Of a stretch of 64,000 nucleotides of DNA, positions 1 to 10,251 are shown piece after piece. The number at the start of each line of letters is the position of its first letter. The first letter of the stretch is position 1. A program made the translations under genes and the position numbers. Source of the stretch: Patescibacteria group bacterium. GTDB taxonomy: Bacteria; Patescibacteriota; WWE3; UBA101185; 2-01-FULL-41-18. Under the pieces are notes generated by a model. The model was given only the letters and a program-made list of their open reading frames with translations, was not told where the DNA came from and did not search any database. The DNA is taken from NCBI GenBank assembly GCA_038064575.1, contig JBBTST010000001.1:99650-163649 (forward strand), written 5' to 3'.

Positions 1-55
1 CTACAATCTTGCAGGTCATCTTAATTGTTCTTTTTATGAATAACAGATTTATAGT

Positions 56-748
56 CTAGATATAAATATTGATTTTGGCATTTTTCTTAAGATCTTCTAT
101 CCAGGAAGCTATTTCATCCTGCATCTTCTGATCCTTTAGCACTTCTCTGGCTGTTTTTTGCTTATCTTCATCTGATGAACCTTCTAATGATTCTTTGTTT
201 TGATCAAGATAGCCTTTAATTTCCTCGTCTGACACTATTACCTTTGAGGCAATGTATTTCTCAATACCCAGTTGGAGTCTTACTTGTTTCTTAAAAACCT
301 CAACAGTCATCCCCTGAGCAGAAAGAGCATCGGTTAAGGACATGCCCTGAAGACTCTTCTCTATTTCCGCTACCTTACCGTTTAAGTCATCATCTGTAAC
401 TTCAATCTCTTTCTTATACAGTTCATTCTCAATTAATTTGACTGTAATGATCTCATCTAGAGTTCTTTGTCCATACCTCTCTCTTAGAGCAGAGTTTAGC
501 TGCCATGAAAAAATTGGTGAGTGATCAACCTGAGCATTAATTATCAGAGATTTATATTTTAATCCTAAAAATGAAAGAACAACTAGGACAAGTACTACCA
601 CCAACACTTGTACAAAAAGCTTACTCCCTTTAAAACTAGGTTTTAGTCCTGCACGGTCTTTGGTCTCAACACTAGGAACTTCCACATCCCTATCTTCTTT
701 TAATAGTCTAGAGGTTTTACTTTTTTTGACAGACTTCACTTTTGCCAT
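56..748 (-). CDS. SurA N-terminal domain / PrsA-like membrane-anchored chaperone
   Basis: One TM helix followed by 'LDEIITVKLIENE...EVTDDDLNGKVAEIEK...LTDALSAQGMT', typical of SurA_N/PrsA; no PPIase domain visible. Confidence 0.75.
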   Translation of the reverse strand: MAKVKSVKKSKTSRLLKEDRDVEVPSVETKDRAGLKPSFKGSKLFVQVLVVVLVLVVLSFLGLKYKSLIINAQVDHSPIFSWQLNSALRERYGQRTLDEIITVKLIENELYKKEIEVTDDDLNGKVAEIEKSLQGMSLTDALSAQGMTVEVFKKQVRLQLGIEKYIASKVIVSDEEIKGYLDQNKESLEGSSDEDKQKTAREVLKDQKMQDEIASWIEDLKKNAKINIYI

Positions 749-807
749 AATTTACTGATCCAAATATTAATATTATAAGCTTAAATGCGCAAGGGCTTAA
801 TTAACCT

Positions 808-1413
808 CTAATATACAATGTTCTCTTGATGCAAAAGCCTTTCAATCACCTCCACTTGATCCGAACAGTGTGAAATAAAACCTAATTTCCTTGCATTGAT
901 ACAAGATTTATTATCATCATCAACATACAATATTTGGTTTGCCGCCAATTTGGATTCTTCCAGTAAAGCCTCATACATCAAGATGTCTGGTTTAAGAACA
1001 TGCACATTAAAGGAGAATATCTTGACGTCAAAGTTTTCTAACAATCTGTATGAATGATTAAGATACACAAGAAGATCCTCAAAAATATTTGCACAAAGTA
1101 AGGTTTTTATACCTGCCTTCTTTAATCTTACACTCAACTCATAAGCTGCTTGATTTAAAGAAAATTTAGCAGCCATTTCTAATACATACTCCCTTTCAGG
1201 AATCTGAAACCCAAAAATTTTGTTTGCGTAATCATAAAAGCTATGAGAGGGAATTACCCCCGCTTTATAATCATGGGCTTCCTTGCTTCTCTTAAATACT
1301 GCTTCTACTGTGTGTTTTGGAATAAAATAAGTCTCAGACAACCACACAATAAAGTCTTCCATTCCTCTATTAAAATAAATCCCATCCAAATCAAAATAAA
1401 CCCCTTTAATCAT
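808..1413 (-). CDS. HAD-superfamily hydrolase (YihX-like)
   Basis: Motif I 'YFDLDG', 'KPD..MY' and 'YVDDD'. Confidence 0.85.
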   Translation of the reverse strand: MIKGVYFDLDGIYFNRGMEDFIVWLSETYFIPKHTVEAVFKRSKEAHDYKAGVIPSHSFYDYANKIFGFQIPEREYVLEMAAKFSLNQAAYELSVRLKKAGIKTLLCANIFEDLLVYLNHSYRLLENFDVKIFSFNVHVLKPDILMYEALLEESKLAANQILYVDDDNKSCINARKLGFISHCSDQVEVIERLLHQENIVY

Positions 1414-1480
1414 TATTCAATATTAAACCAAATATAACTTTTTGCCACACAGCTAATTTATTTGTATGATTGGCATTACA

Positions 1481-2551
1481 ATGGCAGGGCTCAAAAACTT
1501 TTTAAAACAGAATAAAGAAGCTGTACAAAAGACCCTAAGTTTGTTTTTTGATGGAAAAATCATTAAAGCTGTGTCTCATGACCCAAACTCAATTTATACC
1601 AAAAGGCTAAACCAACTCAAAACCGCTACTTGCCAAGATGGGAAGGTAATAAGATCCGCCATAGCCGCGCTTTCCTTTGGTATAACAACAAATAAGAGCT
1701 TATCACAAGCCGAACTAGAGGCCATTTCAGCCCTGGAACTTTTACACAGGTTTCTTTTAATACATGACGACATAGCAGATGAGGATACCATTAGATATTC
1801 AAAACCAAACTTGATTGCCCAAATCCAACAGGAGCAACCAAAAAAAGGTGTTTATGCGCTTTCTTCCGGGATGATTCTTGGAGACCTGGATCATAGTTTT
1901 ATGTATGAAACCATATTGAATACTTCACTAAACGCTCAACTAAAATTAAAACTTATTAAAAAACTGGGAGAAATAATAGATAGTGTTAGTTTAGGCTGGT
2001 TTGTTGAGTATGAAAACAGCCATAAGGCTATTAGTAAGACTAACCTAAAGAAAGTATTTGAAAATCTCAAATACATTACTTCTATTTATACAACTCAGGG
2101 TCCGGCTGAGTATGGCTTGATTTTAGCTAACAAAGATTATGGTAAAACTGTAAAAGCTTTTAATAAAATTATGTATCCTATTGGAATCTCATATCAAATT
2201 AAAGATGATCTGCTGGGTTTATTTAGTCACAATATAGAATCGGGTCAAGAGGCATTGTCTGACATCAGGCAGGGGAAAAAAACCATACACATTTTGAAAG
2301 CTTATGAAAAAACTCACAATACAGGAAAGCGCTATTTAGAAAAAATCTATGGCTCTAACAAAGTCACCCACAAAGATCTGGACACTATTAGGGAACTAGT
2401 GACTGATAGCAACGCCCACACATATACTCTGGATTTAGCGGAAAAACTAATTCAGGATTCAAAAGCTGAAATTAACAACCTTCCAAACCAAAACCAATTT
2501 ACTGAAATTCTGCTAGAACTTTGTGATTTTGTGCTTGAAAGATCAAATTGA
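1481..2551 (+). CDS. Polyprenyl diphosphate synthase
   Basis: 'ELLHRFLLIHDDIAD..IR' FARM, 'YQIKDDLLG', 'SDIRQGKKT'; start taken at MAGLK. Confidence 0.9.
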   Translation: MAGLKNFLKQNKEAVQKTLSLFFDGKIIKAVSHDPNSIYTKRLNQLKTATCQDGKVIRSAIAALSFGITTNKSLSQAELEAISALELLHRFLLIHDDIADEDTIRYSKPNLIAQIQQEQPKKGVYALSSGMILGDLDHSFMYETILNTSLNAQLKLKLIKKLGEIIDSVSLGWFVEYENSHKAISKTNLKKVFENLKYITSIYTTQGPAEYGLILANKDYGKTVKAFNKIMYPIGISYQIKDDLLGLFSHNIESGQEALSDIRQGKKTIHILKAYEKTHNTGKRYLEKIYGSNKVTHKDLDTIRELVTDSNAHTYTLDLAEKLIQDSKAEINNLPNQNQFTEILLELCDFVLERSN

Positions 2552-2555
2552 CAAG

Positions 2556-2969
2556 TTATTGTGCTATCTCAGAAGTACTGTCAGCAGGAACGTTATTTTT
2601 GAAGAAAGCTTCTATCTCATTAAGAATCTGGTTGGGAAGATACTTTGCCTTTAGTAAGTAGCCATTAGCCCCAATCTTAAACGCTTCCTTGATAATGGAC
2701 TCCTGTCCTAAGTTTGTTAGAAGAAAAATAGGAACAGTCTTCAAGTGCTCAGCTTGGTCTTTTCTGATCTCTTTTAAAACATCTATCCCGGTCATCTTAG
2801 GAAGCATGATGTCTAAAAGAATCATATCAAATTTTTCTGCTTTGGCTTTGGTAAGGCCATCTTGCCCATCTTGAGAGCTTACTACATCATAGCCGGCACT
2901 ACCCAGTACTTTCTCATAAAGCTCCCTGATAAATATTTCATCTTCTACAAGTAAAATTCTCTTTTTCAT
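2556..2969 (-). CDS. Single-domain response regulator (receiver)
   Basis: 'ILLVEDE...LLDIMLPKMTG...LTN...GANGYLLK'. Confidence 0.9.
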   Translation of the reverse strand: MKKRILLVEDEIFIRELYEKVLGSAGYDVVSSQDGQDGLTKAKAEKFDMILLDIMLPKMTGIDVLKEIRKDQAEHLKTVPIFLLTNLGQESIIKEAFKIGANGYLLKAKYLPNQILNEIEAFFKNNVPADSTSEIAQ

Positions 2970-2975
2970 AATCTC

Positions 2976-4532
2976 TTAAGCTCTTGGAACACTAAAGCTG
3001 AATGTGCTGCCTTTTCCAAGGTCGCTATCAACCCATATGTCCCCTCCATGCAATTTTACTATCTCTCTGGAAATATACAATCCTAATCCAGTCCCTTTAG
3101 AACCTTGCTCCAACGTTCCTGATACCCTATAAAACTTGGTGAAGAGGTGGGGTAAGGATTCTTTAGGTATCCCCTGCCCTGAATCTTTGACATGCGTTAT
3201 GACAAATTTGTCTGTCACCTCCAAAAAAACAAGCACTGTCCCGCCGGCTCCTGTATATCTAATCGCGTTGTCTAAAAGATTTGATAACACTTCCCCTATC
3301 ATAATTGCATCTACCATCACATCCGTAGGAATGTCTGTGGGCATGAAAGTAAGCTTAACTTTTCTTTCATTAGCAAGGCTTACAAAACTCTGGACCGTTT
3401 GTTGAACAAGCTCCATCCAGTTAACCTCATCTTTACTCAAAACTACACCGCCTCTCTCAATTCTGGAAACGTTAAGCAAATTTTCAACAAGTGAAAACAG
3501 CTGATTTGATGACAAATAGGAACGTTCAAGGTATATTTTTTGATCGTCACTCATTCCGGGAATTTTATCGAGCTCAGAAATAAGAAGTGACAGATAACCC
3601 CTTATTGAAGTTAAAGGAGTTCTAAGTTCATGAGCTGCAATAGACACAAAGTCCAGTTTCATTGTTTCAAGCTCTTTCATGTTTGTCACATCATGAACCG
3701 TAACAATACAGCCAACGTTTACATTAGCACCCTCAGCTATAACAGTGCTTACCACAGAAACATAAAATTCTTTGTTGGTTCGGCCTTTTAATATTATATT
3801 TTCAGCTTTATATACTTTTCTTTCTTCTATTACTTTTATTAGAGGACAATAGGCATTTGAGGTAAGCTCAGCCCCATCCTTCTGGGCAAATTTGACATAT
3901 TCATCTACATTATTTCCTAAAACCTCGCTTTCAAGAAAGCCCGTCATATCCTCCATAGCCTTATTAAAGGCAATTACTCTTTTATCCCTATCAAGTGCAA
4001 AAACGCCATCCACTGTGTTATATAACACTATTCTAAATTTGTTTCTTTCCGATTCTAATTCGTTTGTTCTTTCAGCAACCCGCTTTTCCAGCTCCTCTTT
4101 AGAAATCTCCAGTTCCTGAGTTCTTTGTCTAACCTTCTCCTCAAGATCTTCCCTGCCTAAAACAGACAGTTTCTCATTTTCTAAAACACCGCTTGGCAAC
4201 ACTCCCAACAGCTCAAAATACCCCTTAGTTACCCCATATCTTGAAACAACTCCCTTCACAGTTTTTTCCAAGTCTGAACTTGCAACCGAATAGCCAAAAA
4301 CCTCTTTTGACTTTTCATAAAGGGTTACCATAATTTCGTATTTTTGTGTATCAGAGAGCCGTGATGTGTCATCGGTGTTATATTTTTCAAGAAGCATTGA
4401 GCTAACTTTGTCTTTACCAAGCTTTCCCTGATTTACCCTCAGGTATTCCTTCAATACCAAATCAACAAGCGCAGGCATGGAAGCAGTTTGTTGGGGTGTT
4501 TCTTGTTTCTGTTTTATAAACGGCAAGAGCAT
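2976..4532 (-). CDS. Cytoplasmic PAS sensor histidine kinase
   Basis: PAS domain, H-box 'AHELRTPLTSI', N-box 'NLLDNAIRY', G-boxes; no TM helix. Confidence 0.9.
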   Translation of the reverse strand: MLLPFIKQKQETPQQTASMPALVDLVLKEYLRVNQGKLGKDKVSSMLLEKYNTDDTSRLSDTQKYEIMVTLYEKSKEVFGYSVASSDLEKTVKGVVSRYGVTKGYFELLGVLPSGVLENEKLSVLGREDLEEKVRQRTQELEISKEELEKRVAERTNELESERNKFRIVLYNTVDGVFALDRDKRVIAFNKAMEDMTGFLESEVLGNNVDEYVKFAQKDGAELTSNAYCPLIKVIEERKVYKAENIILKGRTNKEFYVSVVSTVIAEGANVNVGCIVTVHDVTNMKELETMKLDFVSIAAHELRTPLTSIRGYLSLLISELDKIPGMSDDQKIYLERSYLSSNQLFSLVENLLNVSRIERGGVVLSKDEVNWMELVQQTVQSFVSLANERKVKLTFMPTDIPTDVMVDAIMIGEVLSNLLDNAIRYTGAGGTVLVFLEVTDKFVITHVKDSGQGIPKESLPHLFTKFYRVSGTLEQGSKGTGLGLYISREIVKLHGGDIWVDSDLGKGSTFSFSVPRA

Positions 4533-4536
4533 TACT

Positions 4537-5991
4537 TTAAATATACAATCTCAATCTCTCAAGCACAACTTCTCTTCCAAGTAGTTCAAGGGTGGCAAAA
4601 AGTGGAGGTGTAACTTCTTTACCTGAAATAGCAACTCTTAAAGTCATAAAAGCATCTTTTGGCTTCATTTGCAGTTTTGAGAGGACTTCATGCCCTGCTA
4701 GCTCAAGGTTTTTTTCATCCCAAACAAGTTTGTCTGATACAAAAGACTCCAAAAAACTCCTGATAATAACTTGTGCCGTTTCCAAATTTCCGGCAAATTT
4801 AGATACTAAAGCGCTGGGTGGAGTTTCAAAACAGTCAATAAAAGACGTAAGTCCCTCAAAATCAGACAGCTTTTTAAGCCTATCCAGTATTAGAGAAACA
4901 AGCTTAACCCCTTTTTCCTTGTGCATCGTATTTAAAACTGTCGGAATTTCAAACTTTTCAGCCCAGACCACAATCCTTTCATAAACCTCCATGGCGCCAA
5001 GGGAACGAAGGTAGTATCCGTTTAACCAAAGCAATTTATCCCTATCAAATGCCACAAGATCAGATTTATGAACTCTTTCCAGAGAAAAATCTTTTATGAA
5101 GTCAGAAAGAGAATAAATTTCCTTTTCAGTCCCCGGGTTCCACCCAAGAAACATTAAAAAATTAAGGAGTGCCTCCGGAAGATAACCGTCTTTTAAAAAG
5201 AAAACAGCATCAACTGATCCACTTCTTTTGGAAAGCTTTTTATTTGCTCCAACCTCCTTTAGATTTGACAGGTGTCCATGAATAGGCATATCCCACCCTA
5301 AAGCTTTATACAAAAGAATGTGTTTAGGCGTGGAGGGAAGCCATTCAACACCCCTTAAAACATGGGAAATCCGCATAAGGCGGTCATCAACCACAACTGC
5401 AAGATGATAAGTTGGATAGCCATCAGACTTTAAAAGCACATAATCATCAAGATCAGATGAGTTAAATGAGATTTTCCCCAAGAAAAGATCTTCAAAAAAC
5501 ACCTCCTCATTTTCCGGCATTTTGAATCTTATAACATGCTTTTCTCCTCTTTTTATGGCCTCTGAAACTTCATTTCCAGAAAGCATAAGGCAATGTCTGT
5601 TGTACTTTGTGACCGGGGAACCGTTGACTTTTTGATCCTGCCTAGCTTTTTGAAGAGCCTCTTCAGAACAGAAACAGCAATAGGCTAAACCTTTTTCAAC
5701 AAGCTTTTTTGCATACTCAGAATAAATATGAAGCCTTTGGGATTGAATATAGGGTTCAAAAGGACCACCCACCTCAGGACCCTCGTCCCAAGAAAGACCA
5801 TAGTCTCTTATAACTTTGAGCGTCCTTTCCAAAGCACCCGGCACAAATCTCTGCCTGTCAGTATCTTCAATTCTTAAAATAAACTGCCCCCCGTTCTTTT
5901 TAGCCCACGCATAATTATAAAGCATGGTTCGCATACTACCTATGTGATATTCCCCAGTGGGGCTTGGAGCCATGCGCGTCCTTACAGTCAT
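4537..5991 (-). CDS. gltX: Glutamate--tRNA ligase
   Basis: 'RMAPSPTGEYHIG', 'RIEDTD', 'KLSKR'. Confidence 0.95.
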   Translation of the reverse strand: MTVRTRMAPSPTGEYHIGSMRTMLYNYAWAKKNGGQFILRIEDTDRQRFVPGALERTLKVIRDYGLSWDEGPEVGGPFEPYIQSQRLHIYSEYAKKLVEKGLAYCCFCSEEALQKARQDQKVNGSPVTKYNRHCLMLSGNEVSEAIKRGEKHVIRFKMPENEEVFFEDLFLGKISFNSSDLDDYVLLKSDGYPTYHLAVVVDDRLMRISHVLRGVEWLPSTPKHILLYKALGWDMPIHGHLSNLKEVGANKKLSKRSGSVDAVFFLKDGYLPEALLNFLMFLGWNPGTEKEIYSLSDFIKDFSLERVHKSDLVAFDRDKLLWLNGYYLRSLGAMEVYERIVVWAEKFEIPTVLNTMHKEKGVKLVSLILDRLKKLSDFEGLTSFIDCFETPPSALVSKFAGNLETAQVIIRSFLESFVSDKLVWDEKNLELAGHEVLSKLQMKPKDAFMTLRVAISGKEVTPPLFATLELLGREVVLERLRLYI

Positions 5992-6065
5992 GCCAACAAT
6001 ATAGCTATTACACCCCCTTTTAGCAAGGCATTCAAGGAAGACTTTAAAAATGTTAAGATAAAATT

Positions 6066-7211
6066 ATGTCCAACCTAACAAGGACTTCTAAAGTTGCAAG
6101 AGTCTCAATCAACGTAACAGTAATCAGTTTGGTTTTATATTCAATAATCTACTTTTCTTTTCCGGGCATAGTAAAGACTCTTACTAATCTTTTTCCAAAG
6201 GAGGAGAAAGCTAATTTCTTATTTGGCACACTCCCCAAAATTAAATTTAACTCTTTTATAATAGGCGCTGATACAACCCCTACATATGAGCTTAATACCC
6301 CCACAGGCAGACTCCCTTCAGATATAACTAAAAAACTATTTAATGTTTACAAAGTAGTGCAGCCAACACAATCGTTTTCAGCAGGAAAGCAAGCTCAGGC
6401 AAAAGCTCAAAAGTTTGCCTTCACAGATAATGAACTGGCAAGCGGGCTAACCGGAAATATATACAAGTGGATTGACACCAAAAGATCAAGAACTCTGGAA
6501 ATTAACATAGTGACAAACACTATGAATTTAAACACTAATCTGTCACAGCTAGAAGGCCGTTTTCTAAACGATCCCAGATTGACAGATGAAGCTCAACCGG
6601 CAAATTTAATAGGCAGATTAAGAGAGTTTGGTTTTTTTCAGGATCCACTTTATCAAAAAAGAGGTGTTCCAAGAATAATTTATGGAAAGTATTTCAATGG
6701 AAGGATAGAAGAAACTACTACACCTCAGGATTATACCTTTGCAAAGCTTGACGTTTTTAGAACAGTTTTCCAAGTACCTATTGTAGGACCAAGATATGAT
6801 GAAGGTCTTTTGGGAGTTACAATCGCTAAACCAAAGGATGATCAGGATCTAAAAATTGTGAAGCTTACAGCTCATGAATGGACCATTGTAACTGACTTAA
6901 CGGGAACCAAAATTGGTACATACCCAACACTTTCGGTAGATGAAGCGTGGAAACAGGTAACTTTGAATAAAGGCTTTTTCTCAAAACTGAAGCTTAGGAA
7001 AACTGGAAGCCAATTTGAGGCTTATCAACCAATAAGCATCGCCAGAGTCTCTATAGAAAAAGTATACTTGGCATATTTTGATTCTTGGGAGTATCAGGAA
7101 GTAATGCAGCCTATATATGTATTTCAGGGGACCTTCAATGCTACTGATGGTAACCTTGGAGATGTTGCCATTTATTATCCCGCAATCCACCCAAGTTATA
7201 TAAAACAATAA
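6066..7211 (+). CDS. Conserved hypothetical membrane-anchored exported protein
   Basis: 381 aa ORF with N-terminal TM and C-terminal 'YLAYFD..EYQEVMQPIYVF.G'. Confidence 0.65.
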   Translation: MSNLTRTSKVARVSINVTVISLVLYSIIYFSFPGIVKTLTNLFPKEEKANFLFGTLPKIKFNSFIIGADTTPTYELNTPTGRLPSDITKKLFNVYKVVQPTQSFSAGKQAQAKAQKFAFTDNELASGLTGNIYKWIDTKRSRTLEINIVTNTMNLNTNLSQLEGRFLNDPRLTDEAQPANLIGRLREFGFFQDPLYQKRGVPRIIYGKYFNGRIEETTTPQDYTFAKLDVFRTVFQVPIVGPRYDEGLLGVTIAKPKDDQDLKIVKLTAHEWTIVTDLTGTKIGTYPTLSVDEAWKQVTLNKGFFSKLKLRKTGSQFEAYQPISIARVSIEKVYLAYFDSWEYQEVMQPIYVFQGTFNATDGNLGDVAIYYPAIHPSYIKQ

Positions 7212-7228
7212 GTCAATTCACAACCTAG

Positions 7229-8314
7229 CTACAGTAGAAGTGAATAATTTTTATCAACAAACTCAATAAGTTTTTTTGTGTCTGCAAACCTGTCAGAGCT
7301 TCCCATCACTATTGTAATAATCTCATCATCTTTATATTGATAAGAAAACACTAAAACCTCTTTGGCCTTTTCTGTCTTGCCCGTTTTAATTCCTAGAGCT
7401 CCGGGAATCTCAAACAACAGCTTATTTGTGGATCTGATGGGATGAGAAAGTTTTAAGTCTTTGGAATACAACACCTCTTCTTTAGTCCCCACTATCTTTC
7501 TGAAAACCCCGTTTTTCATGGCATTGGAAGCCATAATATAAAGATCCCTTGCCGTGGAAACATGCCCTCCATCACTACTGTCAAGCCCAATTGCATTTGT
7601 GAAATTAGTATTTGTTACACCTATTTCTCTTGCAAGTTCGTTCATTTTTGTAACAAAGGCTTGCTCGGAGAGCAAATTTGAGGAAAGCGCGCAAGCTGCA
7701 TCTCCTGCAGAAGCTACCAAAACACCATACAACAAAGATTCCACGCTAATTTTTTCAGAAGGCCTTAAGCCAATCTTTGCACCTTCAACTTTAGTACAAG
7801 TTTCTGAAACCTCTATTAAGTCCCCCAGATTAAATTCTTTTATGGCAATCAAAGCCGTCAGAATTTTTGTTGTTGAGGCTGGAGGCAGTTTAAGATCAGG
7901 TTCTTTTTCATAGAGGATTTTTCTTGTTTTTGAACTCACAACAATAGCACTGGTTGCCAAAATTTCGGGCTCAACAATTCCCTGCCTTTTTACTTCTTCT
8001 AAAAAAGGAGAATAAGTTGTTTTTTTCTCTTGACCTGAGAAAGTTGCTTCCTTTGAATCTAGGGCTGCTTTTGAACTTGCTCCAAGAACGTTTTTTTTAT
8101 AATAAAGGGAACCTATTAAGGAGCCTATTGAAACACTAACTAATATCAAAAAGAGTGAGATTGAAAAGGTAGAAAAAAGCCTTTTACGGGAGGCGGACAA
8201 ACCGGCTACAATCTTCAAAGTTGGAGAATGCGCTTCAGAGATTTCCTCAACTCTTGTTTTAAGATATGCATCTTGTTCTGTTCTTTTCTTTCTATGTTTA
8301 CTTCTTTTAGACAT
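7229..8314 (-). CDS. D-alanyl-D-alanine carboxypeptidase (S11)
   Basis: SxxK 'PPASTTK', 'SAGDAA', 'GIKTG'; N-terminal TM. Confidence 0.9.
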   Translation of the reverse strand: MSKRSKHRKKRTEQDAYLKTRVEEISEAHSPTLKIVAGLSASRKRLFSTFSISLFLILVSVSIGSLIGSLYYKKNVLGASSKAALDSKEATFSGQEKKTTYSPFLEEVKRQGIVEPEILATSAIVVSSKTRKILYEKEPDLKLPPASTTKILTALIAIKEFNLGDLIEVSETCTKVEGAKIGLRPSEKISVESLLYGVLVASAGDAACALSSNLLSEQAFVTKMNELAREIGVTNTNFTNAIGLDSSDGGHVSTARDLYIMASNAMKNGVFRKIVGTKEEVLYSKDLKLSHPIRSTNKLLFEIPGALGIKTGKTEKAKEVLVFSYQYKDDEIITIVMGSSDRFADTKKLIEFVDKNYSLLL

Positions 8315-8317
8315 AAT

Positions 8318-8779
8318 TTAAACTGAAAAACTGCCAAAAGTTGGATTTTCCATACCAATAAGATCCACTGTTTTCATTTTAACTGAGCTTGTCAATGACC
8401 CTGCATTAAAAACAGCGATTTCTTTAGATTTAAAAGCGTGATCAAAATATGTTTTTAGCCCTAAGATAGAACCCGTAGGTGGTATTGAACCTACTTCAAG
8501 GGCAGTTAAAGCTTTAACCGCTTCACGCGAGGCCATGCACAGATCTTTAATCTTAAACTCAGCCTTAAAGACCTTAGTATCAACTTTTTTATCAGCTGGC
8601 AGAACCACTAAGATAGCAGTTTTATCTGCAATAAAAACCAAAGCTTTGGCACCCTCTTCCAATGCAGTATCCCTAACTCTTGCAGCATCGGCACTTGTGT
8701 GCACAGGTTCATGTTCAAGAACCTCATAGCTATAGCCAAGCGTATTCAGTTTTTCCAAAATCTTTTCAAATACAGTCAT
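8318..8779 (-). CDS. YbaK/ProX-family aminoacyl-tRNA deacylase
   Basis: 'HEPVHTSADAA..R...GAKAL...GSIPP...FNAG'; starts 2 nt after the aspS stop. Confidence 0.85.
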   Translation of the reverse strand: MTVFEKILEKLNTLGYSYEVLEHEPVHTSADAARVRDTALEEGAKALVFIADKTAILVVLPADKKVDTKVFKAEFKIKDLCMASREAVKALTALEVGSIPPTGSILGLKTYFDHAFKSKEIAVFNAGSLTSSVKMKTVDLIGMENPTFGSFSV

Positions 8780-8781
8780 TT

Positions 8782-10125
8782 TCAAGGCGCAAGCCTGTTA
8801 AGATCTCTAGGAAAGAGCGTAGCTTCCTTGACGTTGTTAAGACCTATTAGCTTTTGTGTCAGCCTTTCAAGTCCCAGACCTCCGCCTCCGTGACTTGGCA
8901 TCCCATATTTGAAGGCTTGTAAAAAGTATTGGTAACCCGGATCCTCAAGATCTCCCCCAAAATCAACCAGTTGTTTCACAATGTTAGCATAGCGGTGTTC
9001 TCTCCTACTGGTAGTGATAATTTCAACACCTCTAAAAATCAAATCCGCTCTTTCTGTAACTTCAGGGTTTGTCTCACTTCTAAAGTGGTAAAACTTCATG
9101 TGACTTGCCGGAAATTCCGTAATATAAACCGCTTCGCTGCCCCAGTGCTTTGCAGAATACTCACAAATGAATCGTTCCTCAGAAGGAGTAGGATCTTTTT
9201 CTTTTCTAAAATCCTCTCCTTTTTCCTTTAGATAAAGCTCATGCAGGTCTTTCATGGTAATTTGTGGTAACTCCTTTTTAAGAATTGGCTTTTCTGCTTT
9301 GAGCAGACTTAATTCCTTTTCATGAGTTTCCCACACCCGCTCACATGTAAAGTAGATTAACTCACCAAGTAGGGTTAATACATCCTGAAAGGCATTTATA
9401 AAGCCCATCTCAAAATCTATTGAAAGATACTCGGTCATGTGCCTTGTGGTGGAACTTGGTTCGGCTCTGTACGCTGCTCCAAACTCATAAACTCTTTCAA
9501 GAGACCCTACCATAATTTGCTTATAAAACTGAGGTGATTGGGCCAAAAACGCGCTTTTCCCAAAGTAGTCCAGTTTAAAAACCTCAGCACCTCCCTCAGT
9601 AGCCTGAGCCAAAATTTTAGGACTGTGAAATTCTGTAAAATCATTGGCTTTCAGAAATTCTCTGATTGCTTCTCCCACACCTGCCTGCACTTTCCAGATA
9701 CCTTGCTCCGTTACATTTCTCATGTTTACTATCTTGTTATCAAAGAGACTTTCAAGGTTTTCCGGTTTGTGATCTATTGGTTTGTCTATTTCTACAGGTG
9801 AGACATACTCAACAGGAACAACAACCGTAACTTTTGGCTTTCTAATTTCAACTCCAAGCTCGACTCTTTTTTCTTCTACCACGTCTCCTTCAACCAACAA
9901 AATAGTACCCGCATACAAACCCTTTAATTTTTCTGCTTCTTCCGACTGCTCATCAACTACCTGCACAAGCCCGCCCCTGTCTCTAATGACCAGAAAGGTC
10001 ATGCCTCCAAGCTCCCTCTTTTTGTGAAGCCACCCATAAATTTTTACTGTTTTTCCTACGTGCTTTGGAAGCGCAGTAGAAAGAACCCTTGGTGTAAACT
10101 CCTTAACTGTTGGTGTTTTTTTCAT
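8782..10125 (-). CDS. aspS: Aspartate--tRNA ligase, short archaeal-like, probably non-discriminating
   Basis: OB fold 'GWLHKKRELG', 'LAQSPQFYKQ', 'YRAEPSSTTRHMTE', 'GMPSHGGGGLGLERL', 'LFPRD'; His in the GWxH position fits ND-AspRS; start taken at MKKTP. Confidence 0.9.
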   Translation of the reverse strand: MKKTPTVKEFTPRVLSTALPKHVGKTVKIYGWLHKKRELGGMTFLVIRDRGGLVQVVDEQSEEAEKLKGLYAGTILLVEGDVVEEKRVELGVEIRKPKVTVVVPVEYVSPVEIDKPIDHKPENLESLFDNKIVNMRNVTEQGIWKVQAGVGEAIREFLKANDFTEFHSPKILAQATEGGAEVFKLDYFGKSAFLAQSPQFYKQIMVGSLERVYEFGAAYRAEPSSTTRHMTEYLSIDFEMGFINAFQDVLTLLGELIYFTCERVWETHEKELSLLKAEKPILKKELPQITMKDLHELYLKEKGEDFRKEKDPTPSEERFICEYSAKHWGSEAVYITEFPASHMKFYHFRSETNPEVTERADLIFRGVEIITTSRREHRYANIVKQLVDFGGDLEDPGYQYFLQAFKYGMPSHGGGGLGLERLTQKLIGLNNVKEATLFPRDLNRLAP

Positions 10126-10251
10126 AAATAACTTTCTTAGCAAATAAACTTGGTGCAATCAGGATGAGCCAGAATCAAGAAAGTCGCTGAAAAAAGCGGC
10201 TTTTTTGTTTGCTTAACTTTCTCTCTACCCCTTACTTCAAAATTTATTACT

